Under the pieces are notes generated by a model that worked only from the letters and a program-made list of their open reading frames with translations, had not been told where the DNA came from and ran no database searches. The position numbers were made by a program, and so were the translations under genes. From Owenweeksia sp. (GTDB lineage: Bacteria > Bacteroidota > Bacteroidia > Flavobacteriales > Schleiferiaceae), in NCBI GenBank assembly GCA_965212245.1, contig OZ243107.1, positions 2,881,659 to 2,905,658 of the forward strand: a stretch of 24,000 nt of DNA. Reading direction: 5' to 3'. Below, in pieces: positions 15,079 through 23,399 of this stretch. Numbering within the stretch: position 1 is the stretch's first letter; each line of letters starts with the position of its first letter.

Positions 15079-16419
15079 TTATTCAAGATTCTTAGCTGCA
15101 ATGGCTTCGCGGTTATGATCCGTTATTTCTTTCAAATCTTTATTGGATCGTCTTTTTACCGGGCGGATGATGAGCCTTATTTTCTTATCATAACTGAAAT
15201 AATTGATCACCCAGTTCATAAGCACCACTAAACGGTTTCTATAACCCACCAGGCCGCGCAGGTGTACTACCATCCAAAGTAACCAGCCCATAAAACCACC
15301 AAAATGAAGACGGTTTAAGTCGGCAACGGCTTTATTCCGTCCTATAGTGGCCATCGTGCCCAGGTCATTATATTCAAAAGCTATAGGCTCTTTATTTTTA
15401 GCCCAACGCACAAAATTCCTGGCCAGGTTAAGGCCTTGCTGAATAGCTACCTGCGCCAGCATAGGGTGCCCTTTAGGAGTTTCATCGGTAACCATAGCAG
15501 CTACATCACCTAAAGCAAATATATTTTCAACACCTTTTAGCTGATTGAATTCATTTACCAGGTAGCGTCCTTTTTCAACAGAATCATCCGGGATACCATG
15601 AATAAGCGTTCCCTTTACCCCGGCTGCCCAGATAAGGGTGGAAGCGGGAAGGTTTTTTTTGTTAGTGGTCACCGTATCACCGTCATAGGCTTTTACCATC
15701 GTATTTAACCATACGTGTACGCCCAGTTTATCCAGGTAGGTTTCGGCTTTTTTAGAAGCCTTGTCACTCATTGGAGGGAGTAGTTCGCTTTCCGCTTCTA
15801 CAAGGTGAATACTCATTCTTCGGAAATCCAGATCGGGGTAATCGTTAGGGAGAACATGAGTTTTTAATTCGGCCAGTGAGCCGGCCAGCTCAACACCGGT
15901 AGGACCTCCTCCCACAATCACAAAGTTCATCAGTCTTTCCCGTTCTTCCAGGTCATTGGTGAGTGAAGCGGCTTCAAAATTTTGAAGCATGATACTGCGA
16001 AGATTGAGAGCCTCCGGAACACTTTTCATAGGTACACTGCCTTGTTCCAGATCCTTCATGCCGAAAAAGTTGGTACTGCTGCCCGTAGCTATTACCAAAT
16101 GATCATAACTGATATCACCAATATTGGTCTTAAGCAGGTTTTCACCGGGTTTTATCTCTTCAGCCAGCGCCATGCGGTAGAAAAAGTTGGATTGTTTCCT
16201 GAAAATATTGCGAATGGGGTAGGCTATGGAATCCGGTTCCAGGCCTGCAGTAGCCACCTGGTACAACAGAGGCTGAAAGGTGTGATAATTGTGTTTGTCA
16301 ATCATCACAATCTGAAAAGGTTTATTCCTGAGCTTTTTGACCAGGTTCAGACCTGCAAAACCACATCCTATCACCAATACGCGGGGCAGGTTCGAGGCAG
16401 GTACATTTAAACTATTCAT
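15079..16419 (-). CDS. ndh: type II NADH:quinone oxidoreductase (NDH-2)
   Basis: 446 aa. It has two Rossmann dinucleotide motifs (VLVIGCGFAGL and FVIVGGGPTGVELAG), plus GDVA and a hydrophobic C-terminal membrane-anchoring region. Confidence 0.85.
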   Translation of the reverse strand: MNSLNVPASNLPRVLVIGCGFAGLNLVKKLRNKPFQIVMIDKHNYHTFQPLLYQVATAGLEPDSIAYPIRNIFRKQSNFFYRMALAEEIKPGENLLKTNIGDISYDHLVIATGSSTNFFGMKDLEQGSVPMKSVPEALNLRSIMLQNFEAASLTNDLEERERLMNFVIVGGGPTGVELAGSLAELKTHVLPNDYPDLDFRRMSIHLVEAESELLPPMSDKASKKAETYLDKLGVHVWLNTMVKAYDGDTVTTNKKNLPASTLIWAAGVKGTLIHGIPDDSVEKGRYLVNEFNQLKGVENIFALGDVAAMVTDETPKGHPMLAQVAIQQGLNLARNFVRWAKNKEPIAFEYNDLGTMATIGRNKAVADLNRLHFGGFMGWLLWMVVHLRGLVGYRNRLVVLMNWVINYFSYDKKIRLIIRPVKRRSNKDLKEITDHNREAIAAKNLE

Positions 16420-16440
16420 ATTAATGAGTTTTACTACTAA

Positions 16441-17397
16441 CTATCGGATACGCCTGAAGTTCTTAAACTCTCCAATACGCATCCCCTTCAACCAATGGTT
16501 TTCCACCCAGCTCAGCCATCGGTATTTCCATTTTTCATGCTTGGCGGGCTTTTCTTTTTTTCTGCGTTTACCAGAGTATTGCAGCTGATCTTTCCAGTTT
16601 ATTTTCTGTATCCAGTCCTGCATCACCTTAGGATGTGTGCCCTTAAAGCGTGCTACCTTATTCAGCGGGCCATAATCAAATACAGCTTCCTGTTTAGCAA
16701 AAAGGGCTTCGGTAGCTTCTTTGCCACGATAGGTGGAACTTGATATTTTTCGCTTTTGTCCCATTAATTCAGGTGGGCGCACCCACCCGTAATGGTATAT
16801 CTCTGCGTTTACCTGGGCTACCTTGAGTTTACGATTGCCTTCTTTTTTTTGGTAGCCTTCAAAGGTAGCTGTAAAGGCTTGCTCATGGTAGCGAAAGGAC
16901 TGAGCATCTTTCCAGCTATGGATCTGTGGAAGATTTCTGATGACACGTATCTCCCGTGAATAAAAGGCATGTGAGGGGTTATAATGCTCAAAATCACCCC
17001 AAAAATGGCGGTAATTAAATAGCAGGCCTTCCACTTCATGGTCATCCATAAATTTATGGAAAGCCTTTTTCAGTACCGGGTGATACTTTTCGTGCAAGGC
17101 TTCATCACATTGCAGGTAAAAAAGCCAATCACCAGTGCAGGCTTCTTTGGCAATGTCTGTTTGTTGGGCAAATATGGTATTACGTGGAAATTTATCGCTG
17201 TCCCATTCGGTATATATAATGCGGACTTTGGGAGATTTAAGGGAAAGAATCTCTGCTTCTGTAGTATCATCAGGATCACCCTTACCCAAAGCAATAACAA
17301 ACTCATCTACCAGGGGTAGGATAGAAGCTATAGATTCCTTTACGGGAATAAATAATTTAGGAGCATTGCGAACGAATGTAAATCCGCTGATCTTCAT
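16441..17397 (-). CDS. glycosyltransferase family 2-like protein
   Basis: 318 aa. The N-terminus ISGFTFVRNA...ESI.SILPLVDEFVI is typical of this GT2-like group. LQCDEALHE occupies the DxD position. The C-terminal tail is basic. Confidence 0.6.
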   Translation of the reverse strand: MKISGFTFVRNAPKLFIPVKESIASILPLVDEFVIALGKGDPDDTTEAEILSLKSPKVRIIYTEWDSDKFPRNTIFAQQTDIAKEACTGDWLFYLQCDEALHEKYHPVLKKAFHKFMDDHEVEGLLFNYRHFWGDFEHYNPSHAFYSREIRVIRNLPQIHSWKDAQSFRYHEQAFTATFEGYQKKEGNRKLKVAQVNAEIYHYGWVRPPELMGQKRKISSSTYRGKEATEALFAKQEAVFDYGPLNKVARFKGTHPKVMQDWIQKINWKDQLQYSGKRRKKEKPAKHEKWKYRWLSWVENHWLKGMRIGEFKNFRRIR

Positions 17398-17398
17398 A

Positions 17399-17845
17399 TT
17401 AACTGGAGTGATCGGCTACAATCTGCCATTTTCCATTCTTTTTGCGCCATACCAGAAGATAGCTTCCGAAAAGGGTGTCTGCAGACCGGAACAAATTCCA
17501 GCGGCCTGCTACCATTGCACTTTTATTCTGCAATATTTCAATATGGTCATTCTCAAATTTAAGGGTTCCCATCAGCTCCGCATTACCATAGCTCTTTTGG
17601 TAATTTTTAAGGGTAGATTGCCAGCCGTATGTGATGCCCCGGCTTCCGATAAATATCAGGCTGTCTGAATGCCAATAGGGTTGCATAAAGCCTTCCAGGT
17701 TATGTTGGTTCCAGGCTTCCTGCTGTTGGTTCATAATTGCGGCTATGGCTTGCTTTTCCTTTTTTGCTTCAAATGTAGTTTTGGATGTGGTTGCGGGTGT
17801 ACAGGCTGTTAATGAGGCAAGAACTAACCAAAATATAGCTTTCAT
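17399..17845 (-). CDS. DUF4440/SnoaL-like (NTF2-fold) lipoprotein
   Basis: 148 aa. The lipobox is LASLTAC. The NTF2-like pattern is AWNQHNLEGFMQPYW...VAGRWNL......G.YLLVWRKKNGKWQIVADHSS. The start overlaps the upstream stop (ATGA). Confidence 0.7.
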   Translation of the reverse strand: MKAIFWLVLASLTACTPATTSKTTFEAKKEKQAIAAIMNQQQEAWNQHNLEGFMQPYWHSDSLIFIGSRGITYGWQSTLKNYQKSYGNAELMGTLKFENDHIEILQNKSAMVAGRWNLFRSADTLFGSYLLVWRKKNGKWQIVADHSS

Positions 17846-18351
17846 AAGTAACGCTCTTTGAGAATAGTAGTATGATGAAAGGTATGGCCTGCCATAATAA
17901 AACCCTGGGCCAGGGTGGTTAGAGGCAATTGATTGGCGGTGCCTTTTGCGTTAAGCATATCCGGTGAAAAACTGTGGAAAGTATTAATGGTAAAATTACG
18001 TAACAAGCGAAAATCTTCCAGAAGGTCTTCTGCCTTTTGATCATTAAGCGGGGTTCTTCGTGTCCAGTCATTTTCATCAAAACCGGGAAGGTCATCTTTT
18101 CCTCCACGGGCAATATGTAGAGCCCGGTAAAGAAACACCACATCAGTATCTATCAGGTGCCGGATTACTTCCTTAACGGTCCATTTCCCTGGGGCGTAAG
18201 CATAATCACCTTTGGCCGACAGCATCTGGTGTAAGGTATTTATAAATGAATCGCTACTATCCTGAAGGTTCTGTAGCACATCAGCACCCCGGGTAAGGTT
18301 TATATATCCTTCATAAAAAGCACCATATTCTCCGGGTTCAGGCCTGTGCAT
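17842..18351 (-). CDS. DinB family protein
   Basis: It carries KWTVKEVIRHLIDTDVVF, LPGFDENDW and AGHTFHHTTILKERYL, which are DinB_2-type motifs. The ATG at 18351 overlaps the upstream TGA (TGATG). Confidence 0.8.
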   Translation of the reverse strand: MHRPEPGEYGAFYEGYINLTRGADVLQNLQDSSDSFINTLHQMLSAKGDYAYAPGKWTVKEVIRHLIDTDVVFLYRALHIARGGKDDLPGFDENDWTRRTPLNDQKAEDLLEDFRLLRNFTINTFHSFSPDMLNAKGTANQLPLTTLAQGFIMAGHTFHHTTILKERYL

Positions 18352-18659
18352 CAAAGTTTTTCTAAACGTTGGTTGTATTCCTCCTGGCTCATATCATGCT
18401 CAATAGCTTCACGATTTAAAAGAGCGAGAGGCTCCCGGTTCTTAAAATCCTCACGAATCAGTTCTTCTCTGAAGTTACAAATCGGACAGCATTCAAAATA
18501 TTCAACCCGTGTTGGGATCAACGGAATAAAAAACAGATTGATAAAGTAGGTACGTTTATAAAGTAACCAGTGTTTCTTATTATGACAGTTGGCGCACTCT
18601 TTTTCTTCTGTGGGGCCAATGCGCCTGGTCATCGGGTGGTATCCGAAAATAAATATCAT
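18351..18659 (-). CDS. zinc-ribbon membrane protein
   Basis: CANC...TM helix (FINLFFIPLIP)...CPIC make two CxxC pairs flanking a TM segment. Starts are possible at 18659 (MIFIFGY...) or 18674. A -7 box between the two ATGs favours 18659. Confidence 0.65.
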   Translation of the reverse strand: MIFIFGYHPMTRRIGPTEEKECANCHNKKHWLLYKRTYFINLFFIPLIPTRVEYFECCPICNFREELIREDFKNREPLALLNREAIEHDMSQEEYNQRLEKL

Positions 18660-18663
18660 ATGG

Positions 18664-18671
18664 CAAAGGTA
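18664..18671 (-). promoter_or_regulatory. '-7' box TACCTTTG for the zinc-ribbon/DinB/DUF4440/GT2/NDH-2 gene string
   Basis: The minus strand reads TACCTTTG. Its 3' end is 4 nt before the ATG at 18659, which implies a leaderless or near-leaderless mRNA. Confidence 0.4.
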
Positions 18672-18710
18672 CATATTGCCCTAAAGTAGCCACACCATCT
18701 TGCATTTTTC

Positions 18711-18718
18711 TACCTTTG
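18711..18718 (+). promoter_or_regulatory. '-7' box TACCTTTG for the small membrane-protein gene
   Basis: The plus strand reads TACCTTTG. Its 3' end is 6 nt before the ATG at 18725. It is the mirror image of the box at 18664-18671. Confidence 0.4.
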
Positions 18719-18724
18719 TAAGGT

Positions 18725-18946
18725 ATGGCAACAAACCGAGATAAACTGATGAATGGCTTTCGCTTTATGGCGGTAGGCTTTCCCTTTATTTTTATGGGTC
18801 CGATACTACTTACCTGGCAGGGCATTCCCAAATACCATCAGGGAAATTACATTTGGCTGATTGTTAGTATATTATTTATGGTTATTGCCGCTTACTTCTC
18901 AGTGCGTGGACTGCGTACCATACTTTCTGCTTTTTTTGATAAGTAA
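18725..18946 (+). CDS. small two-TM membrane protein (DUF6095-like)
   Basis: 73 aa with two hydrophobic helices (FMAVGFPFIFMGPILL and IWLIVSILFMVIAAYF) and a conserved-looking GLRTILSAFFD tail. Confidence 0.6.
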   Translation: MATNRDKLMNGFRFMAVGFPFIFMGPILLTWQGIPKYHQGNYIWLIVSILFMVIAAYFSVRGLRTILSAFFDK

Positions 18947-19130
18947 GTTTAAAAAGGTATTAGGTGCTGATGGTACTGCAACCTTACTTTTTACGGTTTA
19001 CTTCATAATCGATGCTGGCGAGTAATGACCTTTGTCTTTTCTCAGCTTGAGAAAAGTTCAGATTTAGTGTGGTCTGAAGATGTTTTTCTGAAAATTAAAA
19101 AAAGCTTTGAAGCCGTTTATTACCGGGATA

Positions 19131-21950
19131 TCAATAGACTTTTGAATTTCTTTCAAGTTTTTCTTTTAGGTATTTTGCTGTATAACTCTTCTTCTCCTTA
19201 ATTAAATCTTCCGGGGTACCTTCAAATACCAGATGTCCCCCTTCTTCACCTCCTTCAGGACCTAAATCGATAATCCAGTCCGCACATTTCATTACATCGG
19301 GGTGGTGCTCAATAATAAGAATGGAATGTCCCTTTTTTATGAGCGCATAAAATGATTGCAGGAGCTTTTTAATATCGTGAAAATGCAGGCCGGTAGTGGG
19401 TTCATCAAAAATAAAGAGGTGATGATTATCTGAGCTTCCCTTGCCTAAAAAAGTAGCCAGTTTAATACGTTGAGCCTCTCCACCGGATAATGTACTGCTG
19501 GACTGCCCCAGCGTAACATATCCCAGGCCCACATCCTGCAGCGGTTGTAGTTTGGAAGATATTTTAGGTTCATCACAGGTGTTGAAAAATTCAATAGCAT
19601 CATCTACCGTAAGTTCCAGTATTTGATGAATGCTCTTTTCCCCAAAACGGACATCCAGCACCTCCTGTTTAAAGCGCTGACCATTACATTCATCACACTT
19701 AAGGTGCACATCCGCCATAAACTGCATCTCAATGGTTATTTCACCTTCACCCTGGCATTTATCACAACGGCCACCGTCAATGTTAAACGAAAAATGGCCG
19801 GGTTTAAGGTTACGGGCTTTGGCCAGTGGCTGAGCTGCAAAAAGGCTGCGGATATCATCATAGGCTTTAATATAGGTAACCGGATTACTGCGACTGCTTT
19901 TGCCGATAGGATTCTGGTCTACAAATTCAACATCCGTCAGGCGTTTCCAGTCTCCATCCAATGCCGTATGTTTTCCGGTTTTCTCACCATAACCTCCCAG
20001 GCGTTTTTTAAGCGCAGGGTACAACACTTTTTTAATTAATGAACTCTTACCGGAACCACTTACACCCGTAACTACCGTAAAACAGTGTAACGGTACTTTG
20101 ATATCGATATTCTTGAGATTGTTTTCCCGTGCGCCTTTGATCTCTATGAATTTACGAGCTTCTTTGCGTTCAGCCGGTACCTCAATTTCATCTTCACCGG
20201 ATAAATAACGGGATGTGTAGGTATCGTGATTTTTCAGTATATCTTCCGGAGTTCCCGAAAAGATGACCTCACCACCGTGTGATCCTGCATCTGGTCCTAT
20301 ATCAATAATGTAATCACTGGAAAGCATCATTTCCTCATCATGCTCAACTACCACCACCGTATTACCAAGGTCACGCAGATTTTGAACCACCTTGATGAGG
20401 CGACTGGTGTCCCGTGGATGCAGTCCAATGCTCGGCTCGTCCAGGATGTAGGTAGAACCTACTAATGCACTACCCAGTGAAGTAGCCAGGTTTATCCGTT
20501 GTGATTCACCTCCGGATAAAGAGTTGCTTACTCGGTTAAGGGTGAGGTAACCTAAGCCTACTTCCTGCAGGTATTTTATCCGGTTATTGATCTCCAGGAG
20601 AAGTCGTTTAGCAATTTGGGCATCATACTCAGGGAGTTCAAGTTGTGTGAAAAATTCAGCAAGCCGGTCAATAGGTAACAAAACCAAATCAGTAATGGCT
20701 TTGTCCCCAATTTTAACGTAAGTAGCTTCCCTACGTAAGCGTGCTCCTTTACAAACATGACATTTGGTTTTTCCACGGTAACGGGAGAGCATTACACGGT
20801 ACTGTATCTTATAGCTTTTGGATTCAATGTATTTAAAGAATTCATCCAGGCCATGAAAATTTTTGCCCCCTCCCCAAAGCATTTCCTTTTCGGCTTCAGA
20901 CAGCTCAAAATAAGGCCGGTGGATAGGGAAGTTTATTACGGAAGCTCCTTTGATGAACTGTTGTTTCCATTCCTGCATTTTATCACCTTTCCAGGGGGCT
21001 ATGGCATCTTCATATACAGAAAGGCTCATGTCCGGAACCACAAGGTCTTCATCAATCCCAATAATACTACCAAAGCCTTCGCACTTTGGGCAGGCACCAA
21101 AAGGGTTATTGAAACTAAATAAATGGACGGAAGGTTCTTCAAACTCTATTCCGTCTTCTTCAAAGCGATTGGAAAAAATGGTTTCCTCACCATTAGATGC
21201 ATTTTCCACAATGCATATTCCCCGTCCTTCAAAAAAGGCGGTTTGCACCGAGTCAGCCAAGCGATTCTGATTTTCCTCATTATCGGTGTCTGCAGTAAGC
21301 CGGTCGATAACGATTTGGAGCTGATCCTTCTCAGCGTTACTTTTTTCAAGGTCTACTTCATCCATACGGATCACGTCACCATTTATGGATACCCGTGAAT
21401 AGCCTTGTTGTTCCAATATACCAAGCTGATCTTTAAGAGAACGGCCGTGCAACAGCAGGGGGCATTTGACCATAATTCTGGTGGCCGGATCAAGACTCTC
21501 AACAAAGGATATCACATCTTTAAGCTCATGACGCCTGATCTCAGCACCGGTAACCGGGCTATAGGTGTGTCCGGCACGGGCATATAAAACTTTCAGGTAA
21601 TCATAGATCTCTGTGGTAGTGCCAACGGTTGATCGTGGATTCCTGGAAATTACCTTTTGCTCAATGGCAACGGCCGGAGACACACCCTTGATATAATCTA
21701 CTTCAGGCTTGTCAAGCCGCCCTAAAAACTGCCGGGCATAGGAGGAAAGACTCTCTACATACCTTCTTTGGCCTTCTGCATATAAGGTATCAAAGGCAAG
21801 TGAGGATTTACCGGAACCACTCAAACCGGTAATAACAGTAAGCTTTTTGTGGGGGATAGCCGCATCTATGTTTTTAAGGTTATGCACCTTGGCTCCCTTA
21901 ATAATAATGTACTTGCGCGGGTCAAGTTTTTCAATAGATGTATTGGCCAT
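19131..21950 (-). CDS. uvrA: excinuclease ABC subunit A
   Basis: There are two ABC modules (Walker A GLSGSGKSS and GVSGSGKSS, signature LSGGE twice), zinc-finger Cys clusters (CPKCEG, CHVCKG, CDKCQGEG, CDECNG), and IIKGAKVHNLKNI at the N-terminus. The start is the ATG at 21950 (MANTSIEKL...). A -7 box inside the longer ORF argues against 21992. Confidence 0.95.
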   Translation of the reverse strand: MANTSIEKLDPRKYIIIKGAKVHNLKNIDAAIPHKKLTVITGLSGSGKSSLAFDTLYAEGQRRYVESLSSYARQFLGRLDKPEVDYIKGVSPAVAIEQKVISRNPRSTVGTTTEIYDYLKVLYARAGHTYSPVTGAEIRRHELKDVISFVESLDPATRIMVKCPLLLHGRSLKDQLGILEQQGYSRVSINGDVIRMDEVDLEKSNAEKDQLQIVIDRLTADTDNEENQNRLADSVQTAFFEGRGICIVENASNGEETIFSNRFEEDGIEFEEPSVHLFSFNNPFGACPKCEGFGSIIGIDEDLVVPDMSLSVYEDAIAPWKGDKMQEWKQQFIKGASVINFPIHRPYFELSEAEKEMLWGGGKNFHGLDEFFKYIESKSYKIQYRVMLSRYRGKTKCHVCKGARLRREATYVKIGDKAITDLVLLPIDRLAEFFTQLELPEYDAQIAKRLLLEINNRIKYLQEVGLGYLTLNRVSNSLSGGESQRINLATSLGSALVGSTYILDEPSIGLHPRDTSRLIKVVQNLRDLGNTVVVVEHDEEMMLSSDYIIDIGPDAGSHGGEVIFSGTPEDILKNHDTYTSRYLSGEDEIEVPAERKEARKFIEIKGARENNLKNIDIKVPLHCFTVVTGVSGSGKSSLIKKVLYPALKKRLGGYGEKTGKHTALDGDWKRLTDVEFVDQNPIGKSSRSNPVTYIKAYDDIRSLFAAQPLAKARNLKPGHFSFNIDGGRCDKCQGEGEITIEMQFMADVHLKCDECNGQRFKQEVLDVRFGEKSIHQILELTVDDAIEFFNTCDEPKISSKLQPLQDVGLGYVTLGQSSSTLSGGEAQRIKLATFLGKGSSDNHHLFIFDEPTTGLHFHDIKKLLQSFYALIKKGHSILIIEHHPDVMKCADWIIDLGPEGGEEGGHLVFEGTPEDLIKEKKSYTAKYLKEKLERNSKVY

Positions 21951-21974
21951 AAATTGTGAAAATCTGAAGGTTTG

Positions 21975-21982
21975 CAAAATTA
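21975..21982 (-). promoter_or_regulatory. '-7' box TAATTTTG for uvrA
   Basis: The minus strand reads TAATTTTG, 24 nt upstream of the ATG at 21950. Confidence 0.5.
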
Positions 21983-21997
21983 CCAAACTCAAAGGGG

Positions 21998-22030
21998 TTT
22001 GGATAATTGAATTAAAAAATTTTATATTTG
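21998..22030 (+). promoter_or_regulatory. -33 TTTG / -7 TATATTTG promoter for the sigma-factor gene
   Basis: TTTG lies at 21998-22001 and TATATTTG at 22023-22030, separated by 21 nt. The implied 5'UTR is roughly 115 nt. Confidence 0.5.
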
Positions 22031-22150
22031 AATTATGAAAACCTAATAATATTTACGATTTTTTCATTAAACTCTAAAAACAACTGCTTATACATACATC
22101 TACTTGACTAAAGACGAATTTTAGGTACTAACCCCAAAATCAGGTAGATT

Positions 22151-22735
22151 ATGGATTTCTCAAAGGCAAACGACAGTGAGCTTATCACTAGTTATCTTTC
22201 GGGGAGCGAATCAGCTCTCGAAGTTTTAATTAAAAAACATCAGCAGCGCATTTACTCCTATATTATAGTGCGTATTCAAGATACCGATCTGGCAAATGAT
22301 ATTTTTCAGGATACTTTTGTAAAAGTGATCAATACCCTTAAGCGGGGTAAGTATAATGAAGAGGGAAAATTTCTGCAATGGACCATGCGTATTGCACATA
22401 ACCTCATCATAGATCATTACCGTAAGGCAAAAAGAATGCCTACGATGTCGCCCACGGATGAGTTTGATATCTTCAATATTATTAAAGATCCTAAACTCAA
22501 TATTGAAGCTACGCTTATTAAAGATCAGATTGAGGGTGACCTTCATAAACTGATTGAGCAACTGCCCGAAGAACAAAAGGAAGTTTTAAAGCTCCGTCAT
22601 TTTTCTGAGTTAAGTTTTAAGGAAATAGCGGATCAAACGAATGTAAGCATAAACACAGCTTTAGGCCGTATGCGTTATGCGTTGATCAACCTTAGAAAGC
22701 TAATGGAAAAGAACCATGTGAGCTTGCTTCAATAA
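22151..22735 (+). CDS. RNA polymerase sigma-70 family (ECF-type) sigma factor
   Basis: 194 aa. Region 2 reads IFQDTFVKV...FLQWTMRIAHNLIIDHYRK. Region 4 reads QKEVLKLRHFSELSFKEIADQTNVSINTALGRMRYAL. Confidence 0.9.
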   Translation: MDFSKANDSELITSYLSGSESALEVLIKKHQQRIYSYIIVRIQDTDLANDIFQDTFVKVINTLKRGKYNEEGKFLQWTMRIAHNLIIDHYRKAKRMPTMSPTDEFDIFNIIKDPKLNIEATLIKDQIEGDLHKLIEQLPEEQKEVLKLRHFSELSFKEIADQTNVSINTALGRMRYALINLRKLMEKNHVSLLQ

Positions 22736-22806
22736 TTTTTTTAAAGCTTGTGCAATAAGGCTTGAAATTGGGGCGTTACTTAGAGGTAACATTTCAAATC
22801 CAGCCT

Positions 22807-22953
22807 ATGGGAAGTACTACTACTTTAAAGAATGCGCCCGGGGCCCATTGTAAACCCCGGAAAGAGACCATTCAATTTTTGTTGAATTATTCTAAGGCTC
22901 TTGAGGTGAGAAAACTGGCTTCAGGAGATTATGTTGAATTCATTAGGAACTGA
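22807..22953 (+). CDS. hypothetical 48-aa protein downstream of the sigma factor
   Basis: The ATG at 22807 gives MGSTTTLKNAPGAHCKPRKETIQFLLNYSKALEVRKLASGDYVEFIRN. It is in the same orientation, 71 nt after the sigma gene. A strong terminator starts directly after its stop. Coding status is unproven. Confidence 0.45.
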   Translation: MGSTTTLKNAPGAHCKPRKETIQFLLNYSKALEVRKLASGDYVEFIRN

Positions 22954-22989
22954 AAAAAGCCCCGCTCAAACAGCGGGGCTTTTTATTTT
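22953..22989 (+). terminator. rho-independent terminator
   Basis: A perfect 9-bp stem, AGCCCCGCT (22958-22966) with AGCGGGGCT (22972-22980), has a 5-nt loop and is followed by TTTTATTTT. Confidence 0.9.
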
Positions 22990-22998
22990 CGCTTTGGT

Positions 22999-23006
22999 TA
23001 CATTTG
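22999..23006 (+). promoter_or_regulatory. '-7' box TACATTTG for the DUF427 gene
   Basis: It matches TAnnTTTG, 24 nt upstream of the ATG at 23031. Confidence 0.45.
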
Positions 23007-23030
23007 GAACACACTTAAATTAAGAATCAA

Positions 23031-23312
23031 ATGAAGGCCATCTGGAACGATGCTATTTTAGCGGAAAGTGATGAAACTATCAATGTGGAGAACAATCATT
23101 ACTTCCCACCGGAATCCATAAATAAGGAATATTTTAAGTCCAGTGACTTGCATACTACCTGTCCCTGGAAAGGGGAAGCCTCCTATTATACTATTGAGGT
23201 AGAAGGAAAGCAAAACAAGGATTCTGCATGGTATTACCCTCGTACTAAGGATCTTGCTAAAAAGATTGAGGGGTATGTGGCTTTTTGGCGCGGAGTGGAA
23301 GTAAAGCCCTAG
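23031..23312 (+). CDS. DUF427 domain protein
   Basis: 93 aa with WNDAILAES......VENNHYFPPESI......S...T.CPWKGEASYY......N.D.AWYYP.........G.VAFW, the DUF427 pattern. Confidence 0.8.
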   Translation: MKAIWNDAILAESDETINVENNHYFPPESINKEYFKSSDLHTTCPWKGEASYYTIEVEGKQNKDSAWYYPRTKDLAKKIEGYVAFWRGVEVKP

Positions 23313-23362
23313 CAATTTTCAGAGAAAAAAATATTTTGTGTCGAGGCATAATGATATTCAAC

Positions 23363-23370
23363 TACCTTTG
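23363..23370 (+). promoter_or_regulatory. '-7' box TACCTTTG for the cold-shock gene
   Basis: It matches TAnnTTTG, 29 nt upstream of the ATG at 23400. Confidence 0.45.
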
Positions 23371-23399
23371 CGGCTAAGTTTTAATTAATTTTTTTTGTT

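Noticed and set aside
15982-17668. Long antisense ORFs 15982-16410 (+), 16337-16588 (+), 16495-16743 (+), 17038-17319 (+) and 17135-17668 (+)
   Set aside because: All lie opposite well-supported minus-strand genes (NDH-2, GT2-like, DUF4440). They have no motifs and no promoter boxes. I treat them as frame shadows.
18580-18831. 83-aa minus-strand ORF spanning the divergent promoter region
   Set aside because: It overlaps the starts of two better-supported genes and the intergenic promoters. It has a basic low-complexity sequence and no motif.
19036-19056. 9-bp hairpin CTTTTCTCA-gct-TGAGAAAAG in the convergent gap between the small membrane-protein gene and uvrA
   Set aside because: The stem is AT-rich and only a weak T-tract (TTCAGATTT) follows. 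It lies about 90 nt from the nearest stop. It could be a weak terminator, but the evidence is too thin to call one. I found no convincing uvrA terminator either.
19623-21587. Several 60-138-aa ORFs on both strands inside uvrA
   Set aside because: UvrA is unambiguous and continuous across this span. The internal ORFs have no independent support.
22226-22576. 116-aa minus-strand ORF inside the sigma-factor gene, and the 85-aa ORF 23058-23315 opposite DUF427
   Set aside because: Both are antisense to clearly recognisable genes and have no motifs.
22762-22806. TTG-initiated 63-aa version of the small ORF after the sigma gene
   Set aside because: The extension (MKLGRYLEVTFQIQP) depends on a TTG start. 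The internal ATG at 22807 is the more conservative start. Coding status of the whole ORF is still uncertain.
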